Assembly: GCA_038496445.1 (NCBI GenBank)
Contig: JALMLS010000507.1
Coordinates: 620,001-684,000, forward strand
Reading direction: 5' to 3'
Length of the DNA stretch: 64,000 nt
DNA from: Trichosphaerium sp. ATCC 40318
Taxonomy: Eukaryota; Protista; Tubulinea
The notes below the pieces were generated by a model. It was not told where the DNA came from, ran no database searches, and saw only the letters and a program-made list of their open reading frames with translations. Made by a program: the position numbers and the translations under genes. Shown piece by piece: positions 54,198-64,000 of the stretch (position 1 is its first letter; each line of letters opens with the position of its first letter).

Positions 54198-54230
54198 TTT
54201 GGCGCGTTTTGAGAACATAAACGCGCCAAA
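54198..54230. promoter_or_regulatory. Perfect 12-bp inverted repeat made of two E2F-like TTTGGCGC sites
   Basis: TTTGGCGCGTTT-9 nt-AAACGCGCCAAA, about 345 bp upstream of the PRRC2-like ATG. Confidence 0.5.
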
Positions 54231-54573
54231 CGGTGTAAAAATGTTGAATAATGCTCACCAGCGCTTTGTATGTTGTATTTTTTTAATTTCTTAACTGACT
54301 GTTCCAGAAATGTGCAATAGACGTTAGTTAACGACTTTTTTGCGCCAGCTGGGTGTCATATCTGTCCTTGTAGTTTTTGTAAACGTAGAAAAAGAAGAGA
54401 TTATTACAACCAATGATCTCAGATTCAAAAAGCGGAAACTCTTGAGCTGGTACTCTGTACGCGTAGAGATTTAGTATTGCAACCGAAAACCGCAAAAAAG
54501 CGAAACCAAAAGAATTCAAAATAATTCTCTTTTTGAGGATTCGACTACATGAACATTCGATACAACATCATCG

Positions 54574-57500
54574 ATGAAAAAAAATACAAGCAACCAGAAT
54601 GTAGCAGCGAAGCCAAAATACACAAATACAGCTGTAAGATTTAAGTCGGGTGGAGGCCGTCAAAATGGTGGTAAGCGGAAAATACTGAGCCCACGAATAT
54701 AAAATACGCCGTGGTGTGCCGTTTATGCTATATTTAAAGCGAAATAATCAATTCTTGGCTTTTTTCAAAATCACTTGCTGTTGGGCGTTCTACCAAACCC
54801 ACTCGTTCTCAAAACCCACGAATTTTTTGTTTCTTATCAAGTGATCTTGTCTCAATGAATTAATCAGCGTTTTTTCTGGTTGGTTATTAGTATTTGGGTT
54901 GCAACCGCGTATACGTATAAATTAATGTAGTTAATCAAAAATGTAGGTTATGCTCATAAAAACAAGCGCTACGTTGTTCTGGGCAATACACGAAAATCCA
55001 ACAGAGACAAGCGCGCTGCACCGTCTGCTCCAAAGCCAATCCATTTGGGTTCTCTCAAAAGCGAGAATGCCGGAGTTGATCCTACTGTCACTCTTGTTAA
55101 GGTACGTAACCGCACTAGCGCAATACAACGAATCCGTACATATTTTTTGCACCACTTTAAAGGGTTTTGATTGTGTTGGTATTTTTTTTTTCCTTTTTTA
55201 CGATGCCTTGCTAACTGTTGATAGCCTGGTGGTTGGGGAAGCGTATCACACGAAGGAAATGTACGCTAAATGAAAAATTTTCATTTTAAAGATTTTGGTT
55301 TTTTATTGCCTTACGCGCAATACATTGATTTTGACTCATATCACAGGAAGGAGAAAGCTCAAACGCGAACACAAGTGCCGATCACGAAACACAACCTTCG
55401 CCGTGGGGTAACGTAGCGCCTGATGCACCTCCCGAGGCCCAACAGAGGCCGCAAGAGGTTAAACAGCAGCAAAATACAACTCAACCCAAACCACAGCAAA
55501 CGTCAAGTTTATATAAACCACCTACAAAAGGCAGAGGTGGTAGAGGTATATAGGATTTTTTGTAAACTCATTTTTATTCTAAAGACCTGATTGTAGAATT
55601 ACCTCCTCGCCGCGATGGCTTTAGCGTCAGTGCTCACTCTTTTCCTACACTTGGCGATTCTAAAGAACCTGAGCAACAACAACAAGCTCAACCTCCTGTC
55701 CAAGCGCCAATGCAAAATGAGCGCTTCCGTGGACATGATTCTTATCGTCCTCCAGGAGATCGTGATGGTGGATCTCGCTTTGGTGGATCCCGTTACGGTG
55801 GTAGAGGCGATCGTGGTGATCGCTATGGCGATAGATACGGTGATAGAGGAGGTGACCGTCGATATGGCGGAGACAGATACGGTGATAGAGGTGATAGAGG
55901 TGATAGATATGGTGACCGAGGTGGTGATCGTTATGGAAGATATGATCGCGGCTATGGTCGTTCTGATGGTTATAACAACGGTTACAGGAATGACAAGTAC
56001 GACTCAAATCTTTTTTAATAGTGAAAACATGCTATATGTATGTTTCACTGCAGCACATGCATTTGTTCTACGGAATAGTATGAATTCTTTATTTACTGAA
56101 TTGTTTTATAGCTCCATGTTTAATGAACCAGGAATGCGGGACCCAACTCGCCCTCAAGGTGTCGTTATAATGCAAAAGCGAGCCAGAGGAACCAACAAAA
56201 AACACAAAGCAGAAGAAAATACTAACACCAACAAAGATAAATCAGCTAGTACACCACAAAATACGCGAGAGACGGTTACAAAACCTGTTACAAAATCTGT
56301 TACAAAACCAAGTAAACCAGTAGAAAAGCGTATTTTAAAGAAGGAAAAACCTCCTGCACCAAAACCAAAGCCTAAACCAGCTCCAATTCTACCAGATATT
56401 GAAGAACGAGCTAAATCTAGTATGAGTTGGGCGAACATGGGAGACGACGATGAGTACGTGATTATTTGTCCAAGATGTTGATTATCCTGATCCTTACGCT
56501 ATTTCTTTTTTGTAGATTGGATGATATAGACTTTCCAAGTGATCCTGTCGTTGAAGAGCCACGAGCTCCAAGCCCTAAGAAGACACAACCACCAAAGGAA
56601 GTACAAAAACCAATACGTACTCCTCAAGAGCAAGATCGTCAGCGCAAGCTCGTACGCCCCTTAAATGACTTTTATGTCAATCCAGAGATAATATTAACGC
56701 TCTAATAGGCTGAAGAGCGTGACCGTGCTGAAGAGGCCAGGAAAAAGCGTCTCGAAGAAATCAAGACCATAGAAGCTGAGCGAAGGGTTTTACTTGAACA
56801 AAAACGCAAGGAAGAGGATGAAAAACGGCGTGCACAACAAGCCATTATGGCAAAGAAGCAAGAGGAAGAGCGACAGCGCTTATCTCAAATGCCAATTCTC
56901 ATGAAAGAACGTGCAAAAGAAAAAGCACGCCTCAGGAAGCAAGAAGAAGATCGCATAGAAGCTGAAAGAAAAGCAAGAAGCGCAGCAAAACTACGTGTAT
57001 GTAAAAGGTGATTTGTTTTTATGGTTATTGATAGTATACTGTAGGAATTGGAAGCTAGAATCAAAGCTGAAGAAGACGCAGAGCGTAAAAAGCGAGAAGA
57101 AGCAGCAGCTGAAAGAGCAGCTAAACTAGCTGCTCAAGCACCTATTAGAATCAAGAGACGTGAAGCCCAACAGCCTCAAGAGGGTGATAAAGATAGCAAA
57201 GGCGATGACAAACAAGATAAGAAGTTTGAGCGTAGGAATCCACAAGATAGACGTGATAATCGCCGAGACTACAGAAATGAACGTAACAACAGAAATGGTG
57301 AAGATAATAGAGATCGCCGATCTGGAAATAGGCGTGGTGACGATAGAGACTATGATGGCAATGGTCAAGGAAGAAGAAACGATCGTCAAGATACACGCCA
57401 AGCGCGTGAACCTACAGAAGCTGATAAAGCATCTACTTGGCGTTCTGATCGACCTGCTAAGAAGCCACAACCTAAGTCCCAACGTAACACACGCACGTTC

Positions 57501-60500
57501 AAGGATGGCAAGCGCAGAGGCGATAAACAAGCTAAGTTTGGTGGCAAAAAGCGCGAAGAAGCCAAGCCAGAAGAAAAAAAAACAAAGCTTGTTTACAAAG
57601 CCAAGGAACCCAAAATGAAATATGTTGCAAAGAGCGAGCTTCGCAAGATGGAACAGGAGAAAAAAGAGAAGCTTGAGAGTGAAGCTGGAAAAGAGAACAA
57701 AAGCCAAAACGAAAAGCAACAACCTCCTCAAGAAAAGACCTCTAATGAAAGACGCATGAACAAAGAGCGCAACAACAGAGGTAGAAATCAAAGAAATGGC
57801 AATCAAAGAGATAATAATGATGGCGATTTCGAAGACTCAAAGCCAAGAAATGACAGGAATGACAGAAATGACAGAAACAACAGGCGGAATAAGGACAGAA
57901 AATCGCGATACGAAAAACGTGGTACGTTTTTTTTTTCTTACTTTTACGTACCAAAATCAAATGTCAACTGAAGTCTGACAATACTTTCAATTATTTGCTT
58001 TGTTCGCAACACTTAAAGCTTATTCTACTACCAGATGGCCAAAAGAAGCCAAAAACTCGTATGGCCTACGTGCCAAAGGCCAAGGTGCAGATTACAACTG
58101 TATCTGACTCCAAACCCACATCAAAGGCTACAAACGTGTCAAAAGCTGTAAAAGAAGTTACGCCACCGCGGAAAACTGACAAACAGCAAAATACTGAGCG
58201 TAAACCTCAAATCGTCAAGGGCTTTGATTTAACTGGTGATGCTCCTATTCTACCTTCAGGCGTAGTAGTGGTGAACGAACAACCTGGTATCGAGCATAAT
58301 GATGACGATGGCGAGTGGAACGTCGCTAAGACCAACGGTCAAAAACGACGTGAAAAAGCGCTTGAACGTGCCAAAGAGCGTAAAGGAGTACGTTCTATTT
58401 TTTTACCATATTTTCTTCACTTTTTCCATTTTATTGGCGCTTTTTTACCCTTTCTTTTTGATAAAAATGATTACGAGCGATTAACGCTCGGCGAACTGCT
58501 GAACCTCTGTGAGCACAAGAACTTTCTCCCTGATTTATTTTAAAAGCCATACAAGTTTCGACTGTTTACTCGCTTTGTGTCAATCCTAATGTCTTCTTCT
58601 AGAACCGTAACGCTGCAAGAGCCAAGCGTGGGGATAACCACTACAAGAAAGACCAAAAGAAGCAGCCTCCACGGCAACAAAAGAAACAAGTTGTAGCCGA
58701 ACCACAAACGGAGGAAATCTCACTTCCTGTTGTTACTGCCTCGACACAAGAGAATGTGGTCACTCTCAAGATCTCTGTATCTCAGAACAGTGTTGTAGAA
58801 GCTCCATGGTCGGTACCTGCTACGCCTCCGAAGCAAGCAAAAGTCTTTCTGTCTGAAATAATGCAAGAGCAAATTACCCAAGCTGATGAACCTGAACCTG
58901 AAAAAGAGGTCATTGCTGAAGTTGAGGTAAAACGCGAAAAGCCAAAGCGGAATAAAGACCGTAAGCAGAAAGACAGAAACACCAAGGGCAATGCAAAGGG
59001 TAATAACAACGAGAACCAAGGCAACAGAAAAGGTACGAAAGAGCTCTTTTTAAAACTTGTTTTATCTCCTCTTTTTTTTTTCTTTTCGTTGCTGCAATGA
59101 TGTTTGTGGAAGAGCCGTCAGAGTTTATGTGCTGATATTTTTCCAAAATCGAAGAATCTAATAAAACTGCTGAAGTAGCATAAAACACCAAAAATCTATT
59201 CTCTTTTTTCCTCTTTTGCTTCACGTGCTGATATTGTTCAAAGGTCGTCAACAGGCAAAGTTCAAAAACGAGAGAAAACCAACGAAGCAAAAGCCTAAGA
59301 AGACTAAACCTAAAACAACCAGCAAGTGGCTGCCAAAGGCTAAGAAACCCGTTGAACAGCCTCAACAAGAGGTGAAGGCAACCGAGGATGCACCTGCAGT
59401 TACAGAGAAGCCTGTTAAAGCCGACAAGCCAGTAGCCGAAACAAAGCCTGTAGAGGCTCCTATCGTGAAGCCATCACCTGTTCGCCCTGTAACAAATGCT
59501 CCAATTGCAAAAATCACTGTACACAATTCTGCAGTTATAAAGAAGGATGAGCCTGAAGTCAAGCAAGAACCTGTTGCTGCTCCTGTACACAGACCTTCTT
59601 CTGCTGGAGGCGAAAAGCAACCTGCTCAAACACAGGCAGCTGTCCACGCCAACCGTGCTCCTCAGCGCCCTGTTTCAGCACCTGCACGGTACGTCTTTAA
59701 ACCTTTTTGCTTTTTTTGGACTTTCATGTCCATGAATTTCGAAAAACACAACTTCGCGATGATTATCTATTATGCTGTTACCCGACAGACCTTGCAGTGG
59801 TGACCATTCTCTCTGAGAAACCCTACTGAGATCTAAAAAAAAACCAGCTTTTTTTTTGTTCCTTCGTTATCAATGCTCTGACGTACCTAATAGGACTCAC
59901 CAGCCTCAAATAGCTGCTGTCAACACACTTTTGACACCGTCGCCTATCAGACCACTCCCGAATGAAGCCTACAATCCTCCTTTGGGACAAGATATGCGAA
60001 CAGCTGTTGTTCAACAACAACAACCTTATAATCCACAAGCAGCTGGTGCTTGGGGTACTCAGTACTACACTACACAAGCTCCATTCCAAGCACAAGGTTA
60101 CTCTCAGCCGTCCATGTTTGTTCACTTCTCATCACCTGGCGCCTTCACGACACCATACGGAGTTGCTTACGCTCCTCAGCAACACTCCAATGGCGGCATT
60201 GTTGGTTATGCTCCTCAACAACAATTCATTGCTCCTGGATCAACCCAGCACACCATGGCTGCGCAACAAGCGAACTTGGGCATGGAACAAGGTATGTTAA
60301 AGCAACGTTTTATTACCTTTTATGTTCACTTCTCTAAATTTTCTTTTAGGTGCTAAGTACTCTAACGATCAAGGTTTACTCCGTGCTCGTTGGTCTATGG
60401 GTACTTCTATTGCTGTTCCTCAGCAAGTCATGTCTGATAATATGGCAAGACATCACGGTGCCCAGATACGAGCTCAGCCTATTGAGAGGCCACAAACACT

Positions 60501-61154
60501 CGATACACAACCCACATCATACCAGGATGGTAGACTTACCTCCAACTTGACACATACTGCTGTTGGTCCTCGTGGCGGCAACACTCGCTCTCAATTTTAT
60601 AGGCGAAATGCCAATGTCCATAGAGAACATGGTAGAGATCAACCTCAACGACAAACTGCAACGAATCAAGGGCTATCTCAAGCGCAAGTAGCTGGACAAG
60701 TGCGGTCCCAGGGACAGGCCCAGAACTCTTTTAAAAAGTCTGATCGTGACGAACCAGTTCGATCAAAGAATAAAAAGAGAGATGCTGCTCCAGATAACCA
60801 ACCAAATCCACCTACAAAGTCACGACAAAACAACTCACGTTCAAAGCAGTCTTCATCCTCTGGGAACAACTCTTCAGATCAGAGTGGATCATCTCGAGGT
60901 AATAACCGAGGGAACAAATCTAACAGAGGTACGTTTTGATTCTTGCATCGATGCCAAGTTTTTTTTGTTGTTCTGTTCTCTAAATGATTTCTTCAGGACG
61001 AAATAACCGTGGCCGTGGTAGAGGTAGAGGGAAAGGGCGTTCTGGACAGAAAACTGGAAATGCCAATTCGCAGACTCGCTCAAAGAACACAAAATCGGGC
61101 AACACCAAAATGGTTTACAAACCAAAGGCGAAGCCTACCGAGGCTACGAAATAA
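54574..61154 (+). CDS. PRRC2: PRRC2/BAT2/MOS1-like disordered RNA-binding protein; snoRNA host
   Basis: BAT2_N motif APKPIHLGSLKSENAGVDPTVTLVKPGGWG; SWANMGDDD; coiled coil ending ERKARSAAKLRELE; RG/RGG-rich and Q-rich regions. Confidence 0.8.
55755..55990 (+). repeat. Coding (GDRYGDRG)n repeat
   Basis: Repeated GGTGATAGA/GGTGATCG units translating to GDRG/GDRY. Confidence 0.9.
58461..58538 (+). ncRNA. Candidate intronic C/D-box snoRNA
   Basis: ATAAA/TTTAT terminal stem, box C ATGATTA (58467), D' CTGA (58499), C'-like GTGAGC (58509), box D CTGA (58530), inside intron about 58389-58602. Confidence 0.65.
59090..59180 (+). ncRNA. SNORD49: Intronic C/D-box snoRNA, U49/SNORD49-like
   Basis: 6-bp terminal stem TGCTGC/GTAGCA, box C ATGATG (59097), guide GGAAGAGCCG (59108-59117) complementary to conserved LSU CGGCUCUUCC, D' CAGA (59119), box D CTGA (59170). 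Confidence 0.8.
59753..59819 (+). ncRNA. Candidate intronic C/D-box snoRNA
   Basis: Box C GATGATTA (59758), guide CTGTTACCCG before D' CAGA (59786), box D CTGA (59813), short TTC/GAA stem, inside intron about 59689-59893. Confidence 0.65.
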
Positions 61155-62526
61155 TAATGTATCTCTGTAAAACAACTTGTACTTGTAAAAGAATATTCTG
61201 TGTTTTGTACCATATTCGTCTTGTTTTCTCTCAATGTTTCAATAGCAACTTTGTTCAAGTACTTCATTATCAAATGCTACGTACGTGGGTGTGCTACACG
61301 AATACATGACATTCTTTTTTACACAAAAGAGCTATGTGCGAGACTTTGGCGTTCTATTTTATACTGCTTATTTGTGAGGTTTTTGTACAGTGTGATTGTG
61401 CGTTAGCTACGGCTTTTTTCTGTTTTAGGTAAGAGAGATGGAGAATCTGGTTCCCAATCCTTTGGTACACTATTCCCACTTTCATGCAGCCGTACTTTTC
61501 TTTGGTTTAAAAGGCTTGCCTTTTAGGCATTCACGCTGCCGTATTAGTACTCCTAGAATAAAATGCAAGTGCGACCTTGTGCATAAGACACTTAGAGAAA
61601 ATGACGCCTTGAGATTTTTTGCGTTGCGCTGGTGACACCGGTGAATGACAAAAAAGAAACCGAAAAGCTCTAATGTAAGGTTCTGCTACCGCTTTGGACT
61701 TTTAACAGCCTCTAAGCTACAGGGCGTAAGTTAGACAAAGGGTAGGTAACATTAAAACCAACGTTTTTTCGATCGAGTCAGTAATAGCGACATTGACTAG
61801 AAGTTTTAATATAGTACGAGTGGGATCGTGCTGCAATGTGAATGCCACTAGAGAGTCTTTTTACGTATTACAAAGAGCTTTTTTAAGTAGCTGATGTACG
61901 ATGACATCACCACGCACCGAGCTGTTTTTTCTTAACAACTCAATAAAAAAAGCACAAGCAGTATTGTTATAACTTGCCAATGAACAGCACATGCTTGAGA
62001 AAACGATTGGTCAAATATAGCGTGTAGTTATATTATTTGAATGTTAACTAATATTGGTGAATCACGTGCACCGTGTTGTTTCGAGTTTTATCGTGGCGAA
62101 CTACTATATGCCCGCAACTTTCGGTACGAGATGCGTCGTGTGTTACCATAAGTACTGTAGAGTGATGATAATCACTTTCATGGTAGGTTAGGACAACATG
62201 TTGACTACAAAAAAAGAAGAAGGAGAGCGGACACTGTGTATGGTGAAGAAGTACCACGATAAAGTACTACACAACTTGGAGAGGTATGGATGCGCATTAT
62301 GATAGGAAGTAGATATGCATTGAATATACGTATAACCCATACAAACCCATATAACCCGAAGAGTTTTTGAGTTCGCAGTTTTTTGTGAATTTTTTGAAAA
62401 AAAGAGGTAGCAAGTGTTCCCAAGTTTGACTTGCAGTTAAGTTACTACGAGGGTTACTAAATAAAATAATCATATTGACGTCACAACAAGTCAGACAAAA
62501 ACTCTAATAAACCCCAACTAGTGACA

Positions 62527-63590
62527 ATGTCATTATTCCAAGACTTCTTTAGTTCACAGACAATGTATAAAAAAGATACATTAGCGTCATACAAGCTATC
62601 ACGTACACTTGGAGATGGAAACAGCGCTAAAATAATTTCTGCCAAGACAAGCAGTAAAGAGAAAGTGGCTCTAAAGGCATTTAAAAAGGGACACCCTGAA
62701 GAGTTTGTTCTCCGTGAGCTTCAAATACTACAACGTTTGGAACACCGAAACTTGCTCCGATTACACTCTTGTTTCTTACATCGAGGTACCACGCCTTGTT
62801 TCTGAGCGAAATAGACTCTATTTCCCTACTTTCCTCTATTTCTCAACGCGTGGAGGTTTTTTCTTACTCTAGTTTGCCTCAGGGTCGCCTATTCTTGTAT
62901 TAGAGAGATGTCATAGTGACGTTATGTCATTAATTGAACGGCGCGTGCGTCTACCTGAACCTCTTGTCAAAAATATCATTCTACAAGTTCTACACGGATT
63001 GGTTATTATGCATTCATCTGGTATGATACATCACGATATTAAGCCCGAGAACATTCTTATTGGTTATGATGGTTATATAAAGCTAGCTGATTTTGGTCTT
63101 TCTCTTACTTTTGGAGAAGCACAGGCAGGCGAAGCAGATAACCTAAGAGGCACTTTAGAGGTAAATTAACATTAAAGAAACCCACGAGATTTCGTAATTC
63201 TGACGATTCTTGACTAATAATTACCCGTAGTATTGTGCTCCCGAAGCGTTTGGTTCCGATAATTGTGAGAGGGATGGAAAATACGATGTGTGGGGTGTTG
63301 GTCTCGTATTGTATAACCTGCTTACAAGGTCACATCCACAACAACAAAGGAGTATACCAGAGATGGTATCGATAAGTAAAGGAAAGAAATTATCTCTTCC
63401 CAAGAAAGTTAAAACAGAACAATATAAATTCTTACGAAGTTTACTTACACCTTCACCGGAGCTAAGGCCTTCAGCATCAGAATGTTTATCATCACCTTGG
63501 CTTAAAAATATACCAGTACAGCAGCTAGATGACCTAGTTATTGGGAGCACTATCTCTTCAAACATTGTAAAGCGCTATTTTTGTAAATAA
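62527..63590 (+). CDS. Ser/Thr protein kinase (CAMK-like fold, non-RD)
   Basis: LGDGNSA loop, VALK, HHDIKPEN, IKLADFGLS, GTLEYCAPE, DVWGVG; 2 introns. Confidence 0.93.
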
Positions 63591-64000
63591 ATGTAAAATA
63601 AAATTATTGATGACGAACCGTTATTTTGGTTTTTGTCACGTGATGAAAATGTATGCATAAAGGCACTTACTTTTATATTCCGCTTATTTGCGAGAGCGTT
63701 CCCAATCAAGCGAGTAAGGCATTACCTGCCGTGTGAATTGTAGGTTAGTTTCTATAGCGTGCAGAGATATATGCATGTATGACCACGCAGAAAGGTGGGG
63801 AAGTGATACTAGTCTGTGCTTCGGCACAATTATTTCGCAATTTTTAATAACCCGATTACCCCGTTCTCTTTGATTGTTACTTACCCAAGAGATTGCTGTG
63901 ACTGTGCCTCATTGATACACTGGAGATTTGACCTCTGTTTAAAATGGCGAACATTTTTACATAGTTAGCGAGAATCAATGATAAGGGAGATAGTAATAAG

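Noticed and set aside
54770-54845. 8-bp stem ATCACTTG/CAAGTGAT in the 276-nt first intron of the PRRC2-like gene
   Set aside because: No C/D or H/ACA box arrangement found; too weak to call an ncRNA.
55615-58020. Long alternative-frame and antisense ORFs (e.g. 57126-57806 minus; first half of 55615-56481)
   Set aside because: Shadows of low-complexity, codon-biased PRRC2-like exons.
1-64000. Alternative genetic code or stop readthrough as the cause of ORF fragmentation
   Set aside because: Interruptions in conserved genes (EFTUD2, fimbrin, PCH2, ABCG) are all explained by short spliceosomal introns, and all three stop codons end genes.
1-64000. CRISPR arrays, rRNA, tRNA, spliceosomal snRNAs, transposase or reverse transcriptase genes
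   Set aside because: I saw no repeat-spacer arrays or diagnostic motifs by eye; covariance-model scans were not possible.
1-64000. U12-type (AT-AC or RTATCCT) introns and Introner-like repeated introns
   Set aside because: No reconstructed junction needed them, and intron bodies show no similarity beyond splice signals.

Overview
Compact, AT-rich, intron-dense eukaryotic nuclear DNA, most likely from a unicellular protist; the lineage cannot be fixed from this window. The standard genetic code fits: TAA, TAG and TGA all end genes. By manual splicing I reconstruct about 26 genes, mostly with 35-60 nt introns, which is why the ORF track is fragmented. Confident calls: class 3 lipase, NFU1, PCH2/TRIP13, C2-RasGAP, 2OG-Fe(II) oxygenase, extended SDR, EFTUD2/SNU114, Kelch protein, ABCG half-transporter, HEATR3/SYO1, fimbrin, PRRC2/BAT2-like protein and a Ser/Thr kinase. 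Most interesting: (1) three consecutive long introns of the PRRC2-like gene each hold a C/D-box snoRNA candidate, one with a U49/SNORD49-type LSU guide; (2) an unusual splice code (dominant GTACG donors, GCAC donors, many AAG and one GAG acceptor, micro-exons); (3) a large uncharacterised membrane-anchored protein with collagen, cupredoxin-like and His-motif modules; (4) odd architectures: FSP1-NmrA fusion, fimbrin without EF-hands, ABCG with an inserted duplicated membrane module; (5) several intron-bearing genes that look prokaryotic or viral in origin. Family resemblances are from my recall of motifs, not from searches.
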